Assembly (NCBI RefSeq): GCF_018977255.1
Contig: NW_024704748.1
Coordinates: 25,792,001 to 25,856,000, forward strand
Direction of reading: 5' to 3'
Source: Callorhinchus milii
Lineage: Eukaryota
Length of the DNA: 64,000 nucleotides
A program made the position numbers and the translations under genes. Under the pieces are notes generated by a model. That model had not been told where the DNA came from. It was given only the letters and a program-made list of their open reading frames with translations, and searched no databases. Below, in pieces: positions 43,601-56,566 of the stretch (positions are counted from its first letter, which is position 1; every line of letters begins with the position of its first letter).

Positions 43601-46600
43601 TCTATACCAAACTTAAGGATTATTATTATTTCTGCTGCCCCAGCATCTAAAATTAGTTAACTCGGAACAAACCTGTGACTCTCTGGTCTGTATGTGTGTC
43701 AGCTTGGCTCAGTGGTAGCACTCTCGCCTCTGAGTCAGAAGGATGTGGGTTCAAATCCCACGTTGGGACGTAAACTCATATAGTTTAATGTGATACTTAA
43801 ATGAGTGCAGGGGGTTGGTGTTGAATTGTCGGAGGTGACTTCCTTCAGATGTCACACTGAGATGCCATTTGCCTGCTCAAGTGGACGTTAAAGATCCCAT
43901 GGCACTATTTGAAAAGAGAAGAGAGTTCTCCGGGATTATTCGCCAATAATCCCACAAAATAAAAAAAAAATGGTCATTGAATTCATGGCTGTTTGTGGGA
44001 CATTGCTGTGTGCAATTGTGCTGCTGCATTTGCCTACAAGTACTCAGTCACTCCATTTCACAGTAATCCCTGTGAAGCGCTTTGAGATATCCTTCCAACG
44101 AGATAAGGCGCTCTATCAAATGCAAGGATTATTATTATTATTATGGCCTAAATTCTATTGTTGTATTGAGAGCTCTGTTTTCACCCAATGGCAACTGGGA
44201 GAGTTCTTCTTTCTAAAGCAAATTTTTCACTTGAACTTTATTTTTTTGGTCACTGTGATCAATAATAAATCAAACTACTACCACTAATAATGATCCTTGC
44301 ATTTGATATGGCACCTTTTCATGTATTCGAGACGTCTCAAAGTGCTTGACAGAATACATTGCAAAGTGTAGTGACTGTGTCTTTTGTGGGCAAAACGCGG
44401 CAGCCAATTGCGCACAGCAGCGTCCCACAAACAGTCGTGGATTGAGTGACCAATGAATCACTTTGTGTGAATCACTTGAGTTTCTACCGGTTTGTGAAAA
44501 AAGCTGACTCTTGTGCAATAAGCTGTTTCACAACTAAAATTCTCTTTCCTCTCTATTTTAATGTATTTTTCATGTATCCCTCGCTCGCCTTATTCTCTTT
44601 CTGTCCCTCTCTCTAGTTTTCATTTTCTTTCCCGACCCACAAGGTATCTCCAACAGTAAAATATATGAATCAACGGGATTTGGGCTTGGGACGTCCTCCC
44701 GACTGTTCAAATGTAACTTGTTGTTTTTGTCGTTGTGCCATTTGTGTGCTTTCTTTATGTCTGTTGTTTAAACAAACGAAAAAAAGCGTTGTTTCGTGAT
44801 AAACTGGAACATGTGATGACCCTTTTCTCCATTTGCTTGTGGAAAAAAGGCACGGCTGAAAGAATAGGTAGAATCTACACCATCAGCATCTAAATAATAA
44901 TAATACTTGCATTTGATGTAGCACCTTATGACTTTGTTGAGACATCTCAAAGCGCTTCGCAGGATTTTACAGTGAAGTGTAGTGTTTTTGCTGGCCAAGA
45001 TTTACACCAGAAATACTCAGCATCTCAGCTCTGTCGTGACGCTGTGAGCATTTGTTGAAAGCTTTATTAATAGTTATTATTTTTTGATGACTGATGTAAA
45101 TGAGAACTAGACATCAGGAAACAACGTCAGTTGACAGAGGAACTAAGATGAAGCACAGACAAAAGGCTGCACAAGTTGCGTTAAACTATATCCTGTTGAG
45201 GGAAATGAAATGCATTACGTTTCTCCGAGGGTGGTAGACATGTGTTGACAGTGTTTGTTTACAACACAAAAATGTAGTATTGTCAGACTGGCTCAGTTGG
45301 TCGCCTCTTGCCTCTGAGTCACAATGCGGTGGGTTGAAGCCCCACTGTTGGGACTTTTGAGCTCATAGGTTAGGCTGACGTTCCATGTGCGGTGCTGGGG
45401 GTACCCTGCAGCGTCAGAGGTGCCATCCTCGTGTTGTTGTGACATTTCGACGGTGAGGATGTGATGAGGCACTATGTCAAATGCAAAGATTATTATTATA
45501 ATGTGAAAAGAAATAATAATAATAGTCCTTGCATTTGATATAGCGCCTTATCACGTCTTCGAGACAATAACAACAACAACAACAAGATTCCATTTATAGA
45601 GCGCCTTTCACGTCGGGACGTCCCAAGGTGCTGTCAGGACCCGAGCAGTGGGGGAAATGGTCAGGGTGAGGGGAGGGAAGGGAGGGGGCGAGGAGGGGGT
45701 AGAGAGTCGAGAGAGGAGCTGAAGGCTCGGTCAAAGAGAAAGGTCTTGAGACCGGCCTTGAAGGAGGAAAGGGAGGAAGCGGCGAAGGCACTGGGGGATA
45801 GAGTTCCAGAGCCTCGGGGACGTCTCAAGGTGCTTCACAGAATGTACTGTAAAGTGAATTGACTGTACGGCAGCGTCCCACAGACAGTTGTGGAGTGAGT
45901 GACCAATTTATTGTTTTTTTTGAAGGAATTATTATCCCCGGAAAAGCGATTCGCCGGTCGACTAACAATCGGGTTCCTACTTACTGCTGGGTAAACAGAG
46001 GCGTGTGTGTGGAGTAGGGAAACTTGCCCAACGTTTCGCCCCGACTGGGAATCAAATGCAGGTCTCTCGCTTGTGAGGCGAGTGCTCTAACCACTGAGCT
46101 ACTGGTAGACTGGGAGGTGGATACAATTGAGGGGGGGTTGGGGGGGTGCAGTTCAATGGGATAGGTCAATCTCCATGAGGTATCCTAGATTTCAACAGGG
46201 TCATTTTTACTCACGAAAACTGCTGTTCCTTTCTGGGTAAAATGCTGCCAGTATGAAGTTCCCAACAAGAGCAAGACAGAGGCTTGTTGGTGGAAGAGAG
46301 AGTGCGCGCAGAGATCGTGAGAAACCTTCCCAGGATGCGGATTACATGTACCGTAATTGTATGACTGGTATCATTGTGTTCTGACTACCTCTGCTCTTTG
46401 CATAAGTGTGTGTCAATCTGGCTGGATATCAGCGCTCTCGGCTCTGAGTCAGAAGTTTGTGGGTTGAATGCCCACGTCGGGACTTGGAATCACATTTTCT
46501 GAGCTGACAGTCTAACGCAATGCTGGGAGTGGTGTTGTATTGGCGGAGGTGCCTTCCTTGGGATGAGACCTTAAGTCGAGATCCCGTCTGCCTGTTTAGG

Positions 46601-49600
46601 TGGACGTTAAAGATCCCGTGACACTATTTCGAAAAGAGAAGAGAGTTTCTTGGTCAACTATCGCCCCTGCCCAGTTTCACCCATTNAAAAAAACACTTTA
46701 CAGTATATCCTGTGAAGCTCTTTGAGCAGTCTCGACGATAAGTGGCTATATCAATCACCAGAATTTTTATCTATTATTATTCCGAATTATCTTCCACCTT
46801 TTTTTCTTGTCTTTCCTCTGCAGGATTTTCTGAAGCGGGAATTCAGCGAGGAAAATGTTTTGTTTTGGTTAGCGTGCGAAGAGTTCAAGCATATTCAAGA
46901 CAAGAGGCTGGTGAGTGTATGTGCGGACAGCACAAGAGTGTGGTTGCATGTGAGATCTCACCTTCTACAAACCGTGCACGAGGAGAGAAATGATCCTCTT
47001 TGAACGTGTTTTTGGTCATCCTCACCTCCCCACTCCATTGATACCCTGACCTAACAGACCAAAGTCTCATGCTGAATAACACTAGGTTAAGAGCGTTAAT
47101 ACACTAACGAGCTACGCCACTCAGCAATACCTCATTCTCTATAAATAACAACAATAATAATAATCCTCGCGTTTGATATGGCGCCTTATCATGTCTTCGA
47201 GACGTCTCAAAGCGCTTCATAGAATGCACTGTAGAGCAAATTGACTGTGGGTTTTGTGGGTGAAACACGGCAGCCAATTGCATATAGCAGTGCCCCACAA
47301 ACAGTCGTGGATTCAGTGAGTCATTCTCTTTCCCCCTTTCACCACACACAAGCGCACATTCACACACACACATACATGTACACAGCACCACTATTGCCGA
47401 TTGCGCTCACATCCATACATTCCTTGATTTTGCCCCTTTTCTAAACCGTGGGAATGCTGCAATTAAAATGGTTGCCAGTCGATGTAACCAGCAAAGGGGA
47501 ACTATAAATTGGACATTCCAGAGGATATAAGATGGCTTTCAGAGAGCTGTTCAGAGGCTGCTCGCAAATTTTCGACTTCCAGTAGGTTTCCAGAATCTAA
47601 TTAAAGCTGCCTGAGGTCGGGCCCAGAGTACAGCGTGAATAGTAATTGGGCACAGATTGGCTCCGAGCTGTGGTCCTCTTTGAATCAAGAGGACCACAAA
47701 GATGCCCAGTGCAGTAATGGGAAAATTCACACAGATGGAGCAATGGATGCTTTTCAGAGGTTGGGGTTCAAGGCAACACATTGTATTCACATTCCTTCAT
47801 ACCCTGGCACCTCCCTCGCTCTCCGACCTGCTCATGCTCCCACTCTGTCTCTGTACGTCACTTCGACACCTTCTCCCAACATGAACTGCGGTGCATAGGT
47901 GTAAATTGCTGCTGTATTTGCTTCCGCTCCAGCCCGTCCACTGCATGTAGAATAATAAATGGTATAAGAAGGTGTAAAGGTGAATCAGTACAATTATGGG
48001 AATGAAATTCACACATTAGCTTAAACACAGTCAAACTCTATAAACCATTGGCAGGTGGGCCTTCTGCCCTCTGCCCCCACCCTCTAGACATCCATCTCAC
48101 AGTCCCTCCACCTCGCCCCCTCCCTTGCCTCCTTCAAGATCCATCTCAAGACCCTCCTCTTCGACTGTGCTTTCGATCACCCTGTTTCCCCCTCCTGCCC
48201 TGCACCCTCCCCGAACTCCACCCCCAGCTCAGGTCCAAAACTTTGACTGTCCAGTGCCTTGGGACGTCCTCCCAACGTGAAAGGCGTACAAATGTAACGT
48301 TGTTGTTGTAAACCATCAGATACCCAGGAAATAAACAAGTACCGTATAAACAGATATATTTCATAATGTTGTAATGAACATAACTTCATTAAATGTGAAC
48401 CAATGTTCCAGTTTATCATTGCGCATTCTTAAAGTGATTTGGCACGATAATTGATCTGCAATTAATTTCTTGCATGTTTTGCGTTATATTTGTTCAGCTG
48501 CATGAGAAGGCACAGCAGATCTACAGCACCTTTCTGTCCAGTAAATCCTCAACTCAGGTCAACGTAGAGGGACAGTCACGCCTCAGTGAGAGCATGTTGG
48601 CCGAACCTCATCCCCTAATGTTTCAGAAACTGCAAGACCAGGTAACCCTGTTTCATATACATCTCAGTGGCTGAATTGGCACTGACTTAACTGGTTCCAA
48701 TTAGTGTTATGTGTTCCGTTGATACTGTCAACGGGTGAGTTTTCAGCCACTTTGCGCCCGTTCTTTCAAACGCTCTTCTGAAATTTGGCGTCTTGCTCCT
48801 TCCCTCTCTGCCTTCAAACCCAGTCCAATAATCTCTCTTCCTGACTGTGCCTTCAGCCACCTCCGCTCTTTCGGGTGGGTGTTTTGGAAGATGAGATCAG
48901 TCAACAATAACAACAACAGCTTGCATTTATATAGTGCCCTTCGTGCGGGGTAGCGTCCTGGAGCGCTTAAATGGGGCGAACGGCCTTCTAGGTCTGTTAG
49001 CTCAGGGTATCAAGGGATACGGGGCAAGGGCGGGGAATTGGACTTGAGGTACAGATCTTCTGGAATGGCGGAACAGGCTCGAGGGGCTGAATGGCCTACT
49101 CCTGTTTTCTATGGTTCGTTGAAACCGATCAAAAACAGCGGCACAACAACTTGCATTCACACAGCGCACGTCATACGTGGTGGCAGCTCGGAGCGCTGGG
49201 ATCTTGTGATCCTTTCCCGTCCCCATCTCTCACCAGCTCACCACTCGTTCCTACACAGATCTTTGAAAAGCCTCCCAGACCTTTGCTCATCAGCCAAGCC
49301 GTTGAAACATGTCAACAAGCAGTTTTGACAGAAATATGCAGAGTGGTAAAACCGTGCACAGGTTGATCTTATCACCTGCGTGGGAGTCCGGAGTCAGTAC
49401 TTACCTGGGCACCAAACCTTATAAAATCTTTCCATCACATGAGTAAATAAGCCTTGGAGTCGTGCTCTGGTGTCTGTAAAAGGTGCCATTGTTCGTGCAG
49501 ATTTGTTTTTAACAAAAAAAGCAAAAGTCGATCAGTCCTCGTCACTCTCTCTAGTCGTTTTCTCCTTCCTCTGGCGTGTGCGGGCTGCGCTGAGTGAAAG

Positions 49601-52575
49601 CTCTTGAAGTGTAGAAAAATTCCTGTGGCCCAAGTGAATACAGGCTTCGAGCATCGAGGCTCGATGAGGGTGTGTCAAAACTGCTTCATGGTCAGAATGT
49701 ACTGATTTGCTTGATTACCCTCTCTCGCCTTTGAGTCAAAAGATCGTGGGTTCAATAATAATAATAATCACAATCATAATAATAAAAATATAATAATAAT
49801 CAAGCACCAGAAACATAGACTACATATTGTCGTCATGTCCAGCCCTCGCACTATCTGATTAGATTTAACAGTGTAGCTAAGTATATTCACTGGACAATTT
49901 GTAAATAATAATAACAATCCTTGCATTTGATATGGTGCCTTATCACGTCTTCAGGACGTCTCAAAGCGCTTCATAGAATGCACTGTAAAGTGAATTGACT
50001 GTGGATTTTGTGGGCGAAACGTGGCAGCCAATTGCGCACAGCAGCGTCCCACACACAGTCGCGGATTGAAGTGACCAAATTATTATTATTTATTTTTTTA
50101 AATAAAAAAACGCTTTTGATATTGATGTAAAGACCGACTGTTGAGACTTCTTAAGATAGGTTCTAGTGTTTGTGACTTTCAAGTTTCTAATCTGTCTTCC
50201 TGATTGACAAATGTTGGTTGAAACGCGGAACCAACCATAGGAGAGGAAGTGACAAATAACTTTCACAGGGTGTGAGAAAAATGAGCGGATCTCTGTGAGT
50301 GGCTCTCTGTAGCGCTCTGAGACACTACCTTGGATGAGGGGGCGCTATAAAAATCGCAAGTTGTTGTTGATGTAGCAGTGTGGTTGGAATGACTTATGTG
50401 CAACCCTGGCAACATTTCGTAGCGGGGATAGGGTTCAATTTCAATCTATTCCAAATCATTTTCCAATTAGTTTGTGTTCAGGGCAATGAAGCAATCTTCT
50501 GTTTTAATTTCAACCTCTTGTGTATCGTTGCTGGGTCAAAATCCTGGAGCACTACCAGCGTCCCCAGTGAGAGTGATAAGTGCAATTTAGAGAAATAATA
50601 ATCCGTTCATTTGACGCAGTGGTATTCACGTCAGGAGGACATCTCAAAGCACCTCACAGGGTATCTTGTAAAGTGGAGTAACTGAGTATTCTGTGGGTGA
50701 ATACAACAGCGGATCTGCACACAGCATTGTCCCACAAACAGGAAGCGATAAAGTGAATGAGCTTTGTGACTGGACATTAATGGGATCTTTAACGTCCGCC
50801 TAAGCAGGCAGACAGGACCTTGGTTTAATGTCTCATCCAAAAGGATGGCACCTTAAGTGTCAGCCCATGTTATATGGGTTCCAAATCCCACATTGAGTCC
50901 TCAACCCACAGGCGTCTGACTCATAGACGAGAGTGCTACCAACTGGGCCAAGATGACGCACAAAATATATAACTGTATAAAATATAGAAAATATAAATAC
51001 CTAACACAATTTTCAGCAAAGAATCCACAGTCCCATGGTTTACACTAATTCAAACTGATGGGATGTGGAGCACAAGTGCGAGTCATGCTCCAAATACCAA
51101 TTCATCAGCGTTGAGCACTTTTGAGACAGTACCTGCAGAAGGACCTGAAATATGTTGTGTGCCAAAGTTCAACTCAAAATATTTTTGTGTTAAAAGATGA
51201 CAAGATAGATGCTATAACAGCATTTCCATTTCCCAAACCTGCAACTCTGGCACATGGGCTATATGGCTCTTTTACAAGTAGATATTCCATTAAAGATGAA
51301 ACAGCAAAGGCTTTGAATGGGGTAAACACACATTGGTTTCCACTGAGTTTGAGTGTTTGAGGTGAATCGGCAGTAATGTATACAAACTGAGGTTGACGCA
51401 AAAGGCAGTGGAGTCTCGGTGCTCAGGTCGCCTTGAAGAGATGTTTGAGGGGAAGCTGAATCTTTGGTGTCTCAGTAGAAACACAAAGTGTTAATCCTTT
51501 CACCCAATAGTCCATTGAAATGCTTTGGGTGGTCTCAATGGATGGCTCAGGAATGTTTATGATGGAACATCTTTTCCTCCATTCCCCATTTCATGCCGGT
51601 CCAGAATTGTTTTATTTCTTTCAGTGTTTGAATATTTTTTTTCTCTCCCGCGCCCCCACCTTCTCCCCCTCCCAGCCTTGTCCACGGTCAATCTTGTAAT
51701 TCCACTTCCCTGGGACGCAACCCCTGTGTGAGAGGCGCTATATAAATGCAAGTTGTTGTTCCCATAGTTTTTTCCATATCTCATTGATACCCTTCCTTTC
51801 CGTATCTATCTTCCTCGCCTTTAAATATCTCAATCGAAAACACACAATGGTATCACGCTGGGAAAAGTGGCAAACTTTTCCCATATGCTAGTCCTGACCA
51901 GTATAAAATGAAATCACATATTATAGATTTCAATCCTGGACAGCAAAGTGCCAGCTGTTCCTTTCTAGTTCTTATTAATTAGGCTTTTTGTTCGAACACG
52001 CTAATCAAACCAGAGACTTGCCGGGTTGAGGCCAGCACACTGGACTCATTTTAAAAAAAAGCTTGATGCCGTGATGGGACGACGCTGTTGTGCCCAATTG
52101 GCTGCCACGTTTCGCCCGCAAAATATTCAGTCAATTCACTTTACAGTGTATTCTGTGAAGCGCTTTGAGGCGTCTCGAAGATGTGATAAGGCTCTGTGTC
52201 AAATAAATATTATTTATTATTTTTATTATTATCTTCATCTGATCCGACCAGGTGATTTCCATTTGAAACAGCTTTGCTTTCTGTTAGTGAAACAAAACAC
52301 CTTTTGCCGTGGTGATGGGTGGTGGTGGGTGTGGGGGTGGGGGGTAGTGGGGGGTGGATGTCGGTTGCTGTTTTTCCTGGTCTCTTTTAACAGATTTTTT
52401 GACGTAATGGACTTTTCTCTTGCAGATATTTACCCTCATGAAATACGACAGCTATAACCGCTTCTTGAAATCCGCAGCATTCCAACGCGCCCAGCAAAAG
52501 GAAGAGAGCAGGAAAGGTTCTCCAGACACAGACGAATCTGTACCCAAAAGGGCATCCAGGATTTACAATCGGTAG
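34553..52575 (+). CDS. RGS10: RGS10, regulator of G-protein signalling 10 (R12 family), whole spliced CDS span, 5 exons, 182 aa
   Basis: Exons 34553-34604, 43271-43386, 46824-46910, 48498-48641 and 52426-52575 sum to 549 nt; N-terminal [15 protein letters not shown] box [14 protein letters not shown]...[10 protein letters not shown]...MKYDSY, C-terminal KRASRIYN. Confidence 0.96.
35376..35890 (-). mobile_element. CR1 LINE 3' fragment
   Basis: Minus-strand ORF ..[32 protein letters not shown]; 3' end ..ttcttatgttc. Confidence 0.85.
36135..36378 (+). repeat. Unclassified old interspersed repeat, best-preserved copy
   Basis: Homologous to 520-745 (reverse complement), 31725-31880, 41760-41940 and 58660-58745. 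Confidence 0.65.
38340..38550 (-). mobile_element. L2 LINE 3' fragment
   Basis: Reverse complement encodes ..[24 protein letters not shown].. Confidence 0.75.
42040..42975. mobile_element. Cluster of SINE tails (- 42040-42165, - 42250-42370, + 42860-42972)
   Basis: Repeated tail consensus. Confidence 0.8.
43271..43386 (+). CDS. RGS10: RGS10 exon 2 ([39 protein letters not shown])
   Basis: ttcacag| ... AGG|gtttgt, 116 nt. Confidence 0.94.
43696..44143 (+). mobile_element. Near full-length Deu-domain tRNA SINE (SacSINE1/AmnSINE-like)
   Basis: Head tggctcagtggtagcactctcgcctctgagtcagaagg..gggttcaaatccc; core gtggacgttaaagatcccatggcactatttgaa; L2 tail with (ATT)n. Confidence 0.85.
44285..44453 (-). 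mobile_element. SINE 3' half
   Basis: Consensus body and tail. Confidence 0.85.
45512..46102 (-). mobile_element. tRNA-SINE interrupted by a nested L2 3' fragment (45566-45818)
   Basis: Tail split at gagac|gtctc; the insert carries an (AAC)n end and L2 terminal sequence. Confidence 0.85.
46409..46781 (+). mobile_element. Deu-domain SINE ending ~40 nt upstream of RGS10 exon 3
   Basis: Core ggtggacgttaaagatcccgtgacactatttcgaa plus tail. Confidence 0.8.
46824..46910 (+). CDS. RGS10: RGS10 exon 3 ([29 protein letters not shown])
   Basis: ctgcag| ... CTG|gtgagt, 87 nt. Confidence 0.96.
47147..47322 (-). mobile_element. SINE 3' half
   Basis: Consensus body and tail. Confidence 0.85.
48060..48310 (+). 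mobile_element. L2 LINE 3' fragment with (GTT)n end
   Basis: ccttcaagatccatctcaagaccctcctcttcgac..cagtgccttgggacgtcctcccaacgtgaaaggcg..gttgttgt. Confidence 0.8.
48498..48641 (+). CDS. RGS10: RGS10 exon 4 ([48 protein letters not shown])
   Basis: gttcag| ... CAG|gtaacc, 144 nt. Confidence 0.96.
49904..50090 (-). mobile_element. SINE 3' half
   Basis: Consensus body and tail. Confidence 0.85.
50594..50960 (-). mobile_element. Deu-domain SINE with internal deletions
   Basis: Reverse complement of ggcggacgttaaagatcccatt and of the tRNA head. Confidence 0.75.
52075..52232 (+). mobile_element. SINE 3' half
   Basis: Consensus body and tail. Confidence 0.85.
52426..52575 (+). CDS. RGS10: RGS10 exon 5 coding part ([49 protein letters not shown])
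   Basis: ttgcag| acceptor, TAG at 52573-52575. Confidence 0.95.
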   Translation: MFTLMKYDSYNRFLKSAAFQRAQQKEESRKGSPDTDESVPKRASRIYNR

Positions 52576-55500
52576 CCAGGAAGACGGAAAGTCTTCAGTG
52601 CCACTGTGCGCTTTTGTTTGCTTTTACTTGCTAGTGGAGTGAAGACATTTACGATGCCCGTCTGGATAACAGTTGACCGTTATTGGTGGCGCAAGAATAG
52701 GAACGTGCTTGTATTCTGCGCCAGGTAGTAATCAGCACCCCCTCAGGTCAGGTAAGGCACAGGAAAAACACGACTGCCACTCTAAACGTTGCAGACTCTT
52801 ACACTTAAATCTGAGTCATCGGGATAGACCAGGCGCTGTTCCGACTTCAACCTCTGACGTGAAAGGCAGCGACGCAATTACTGCCTTCAGAGCACTGAGA
52901 CCGCAACTGCCAGCCATCTCACACTGCCGACCTCTGTTGCTAGAATCCACTCGTGTTCCCCTTTCTGTCAGGGGAAGACAATTGTGTCAAACTATCGCTT
53001 TGGCTGCACTAGTCCTAAAGCAGACAGCACAGCTGGCCCTCGCTTTACTGAATACTGCCTACGTCCAACTATTTTAACCAGGCTAGTTAGTGAGATATGC
53101 AGAGTAATACTGGGTAACATTGATCAACAGGGATGTTACACTGAGGACCGCCAACCTTATCCGGCTGGCAGAACGACACACTTCTGTATAGCGACCCGCG
53201 CGACTGAAATACACCCCATTCCTCACAGCGAAACATTGGTGCTTGTTATGTCAACTAATCTGTGGCGGTGAATGACCCTTCAGGGAGCTTATCGTGAGCA
53301 TAACCTGAATAGGATGGGAAACTAACTGAGGTGGATTTAGAATTGACCCCGAGCTTAATAATAATAATCCTTGCATTTGATATAGCGCTTTTCACGTCAG
53401 GAGGACGTCCCAAAGCGCTTCACAGAACACACTGTAAAGTGAATTGACTGTATATTTGTGGGCGAACGCGGCAGCCAATTGCGCACAGCAATATCCCACA
53501 AACAGTCGTAGATTGAAAATGACCAATTTAATTATTGTTTTTGGTTTTGGAGGATTATTATTAGGCTCTGTGTGGAGTAAGGAAACTTGCCCGAGGTTTC
53601 GCCCTCTGCCTGGAATTGAACTCAGGTCTCTCACTTGCAAAGCGAGTGCTCTAACCACTGAGCTACAGGACTCCACAACAGGACTCCTCAGCTTGCTGAG
53701 ATTGGGACGTGTTTCAGTTCTGGTTGATAAATGTGCAGATCACATCTACTGTAGTATCCTCTGTGTTTTACTGCGTCTAATCATTTCAGTGTCTTGGTTT
53801 GTACGTCGAATTAACAGTTCTTGATACAAGTGGGAATCTATTGTTCCCAATTAACCACAAGATACATGGCTCGTAACTCGATGTCAAGTGCAATCCATTT
53901 GAACCTGTTTTATTACCAGGTAGAGTTTTGAGCGCTTATTTTTATTTTAATATGACTTTCGGTGATTATTTCGCTGTTTTTTTTTTGCTAAAAATACAGA
54001 GTTTTATCAGTTGTTTTTATAGTGTGGTTTGGAATACTTGTATGCATGGTGATGGGTTTACCCGCATGTGTTAGACACGTGGCTCTGGCCAAACAAAATC
54101 CTTTTTTTCCGTTTTTTTTTAGCTTTAAGATGGAATAAGATTGGATGAAACCATTTGTTGGGAGAAGTGGAACCAATCTGTTTGCGGCTGTAAATAAACA
54201 CCTGAATCAGATTCTTACAAACATAGATTAGATAGTTTTCTTTTAGGAAATAACATTATGGGAGTACAGTACATAGGTAGTTCGGGACATATGTGCATGC
54301 GACCGCCAGGAAAGTGGAAGGCGAACTAGATGGATCTTGGTCTTTTCTCGTCTAGCATTTCTTATGTTCATATGAGATGTCTCAAAGCGTTTCACAGAAT
54401 ATACTGCAAAGGGACTGTATATTTTGCAGGCGTTAATCAATGACAGGTAAAACTGCAATGTGACCTCCTGCGATTGTCCAAGGAAATAGCAGATTAGTTA
54501 TTAACTCTGAAAAAGGACTGGGATTGTCTTCTTCTCACCAGTTTACACTGTGGCTATGGTGGAGGCGGAAACGTAATAACTACTTGACGTTCAAAAGGAA
54601 GCGAAGGTTAGAATATTTACCCTTATTCGCCTGTTTGTTTTTTTCAAAAATTGCCATTATTAAAATAAATGTCGGTTGCAAGAGTTTCAATCTGTTCCTA
54701 TTGATGGGTTTTAGGGGAAACCTGCATTTGTACATGATGTAATCTGCAGAAGTATTTTTGCACCAATGGCCGGTGAATTCTTTTTATATGCGTGTGTATA
54801 GGTGTGTGACTTATTGCTTCCTTTAATGTAGAATTGTTCTACCTGCCTACCTGCTTGCTGTACCTAAGCACTGGTTACCACTTGAAATTTGTGGCTTAAT
54901 TACGCACAAGTGCTGTGTCGATGTGAGCGTAACTTGCATTGTGTGTGCAAAGTTTCATTGTTCAGTGGGACCTTACGATAATCCTCTAATAACAGTAATA
55001 ATAATCTTCAAAGTTGAATGCAATGGCTTTTCAGAGATCAAGACTTAACTTGTACATTTGGGAATGGTATAAGTGTGATACAGTGGTGGCAAGTGAAAAA
55101 TAAGCTATAAAAAACAAGAGGTGCAAAACTTCACACCCCTTTTCCCCCGGCTTCAAAAGAACATCATTTCTGGCACAAAAGAATGGGGAGACCCAAATCT
55201 TATCTGTTAAATAGCAAACATCCATTCATTTGACTAGTTGATGTACAGCAATAATAATTTTTTTGGCCAGTGTCCATGATTTTTTTAATCTAAAAATAAC
55301 TACTTGCAATAAAAGTCCCACAAACCTTCTGTTTCCCCTAATGTTAAAATAATTAAAAGCGTCCCGTGGTAGACGCGGCAAATTTAGATGATCTGTGGAC
55401 ACTGAATGGTTAACAAAACTACTCCCAGTGTCGCCCCCATCAACCTTCCTAAGACTCAATAGCACAAAGGAAAGGTGACGCTAGTCGTTCTTTTAATCAC

Positions 55501-56045
55501 AATTCAGTTTTTCTGAATGTCTTCTCACATGTGTTCTTGTCTTATGTCTTGTGTCTCTTTTCAAAGAGCCGGCACAGACACGATGGGCTGAATGGCCTCC
55601 TTCTGTGCTGTATAATTCCATGATTCTATGTGTGGTCAGTGTGCAGACAAAAATAAATTAAACTGCGGTGAATTATCACAGTATTTCTTAGAAAAGTCTT
55701 TCCGCAACTCTGTCCCAGCGACCATTTCTGCCATTGTCCTCAAGTTATCTCTTCCAGATTCTGGTACGACATTTGGTGAAAAGGATTGTAATGATTGCCT
55801 GTATTGTAGCTGCGGGCAAGCTTACAGTATTAATATTTTATTCACGGATTCAAATAGTCACAGAAAGGTGAATTCGGGAGGATTTTTTAATTAAAAATAA
55901 ATCCCTTTCTGACAAATTGCACACCTCTATGGTTTTTTTTGTTGGGTTTATCGTGTTTACATATTAAGATACTTGTCGGTAGTGTAACTAATTTTGTATT
56001 TGTGTGTGAATTGTTTGAATATTAAATTCCAAGTTGCCTTGCTGG
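52576..56045 (+). other. RGS10: RGS10 3' UTR (extent inferred)
   Basis: AATAAA at 54193, 54664, 55308 and 55895; ATTAAA at 56021 with an upstream TGTA/U-rich context and a downstream U-rich stretch. Confidence 0.4.
53356..53676 (-). mobile_element. Full-length young tRNA-SINE, subfamily B, in the RGS10 3' UTR
   Basis: Intact A box TAGCTCAGTGG and B box GAGTTCAATTCC; clean (ATT)n tail. Confidence 0.92.
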
Positions 56046-56199
56046 TAAAGATTACGTTGGGCGTATTATTTTTTTTTCTTTATCGGGTATCGAATCATTG
56101 AATAGCACAGAGGAAGACTTTGAGTCTCAGGTTTGTGAAGGTTCCAGTTTCTCCTTTGGATCTACTCAAATTCCAGTCCTCACACCATTTTAATATTTA

Positions 56200-56566
56200 T
56201 AATGATAATAATCCTTGCATTTGCTACAGGGCCTTATCACACAGAGAATTCTCAAAGCGCTGCCCAAAAACACTGTAAAGTAAATTGACTGTACATTTTG
56301 TGGACGAAACGCGGCAGCCAATTGCGCACGGCAGCGTCCCACAAACAGTCGTGAATTGAGTGACCAAATTATTATTATTATTTTTTGAAGGGATTGTTAG
56401 CCCTGGAAAAGTGATCCGCCAATCAACTACCAACTACTCACTGCTGGGTAAACAGAGGTGTGTGGAGTAAGGAAACTTGCCCAATGTTTCGCCCTGCCCC
56501 GGGAATCAAGCCCAGGTCCTCTCGCTTGTGAGACGAGCGCTCTAACCGATACGATACAGGACTCCA
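56200..56566 (-). mobile_element. Full-length tRNA-SINE, subfamily A
   Basis: Head, body and tail present. Confidence 0.9.

Noticed and set aside
53600-53676. tRNA-like sequences with A/B boxes (also at 1790-1853, 30410-30476, 43700-43760 and 62020-62086)
   Set aside because: SINE heads: no acceptor stem, and continuous with the SINE body and L2 tail
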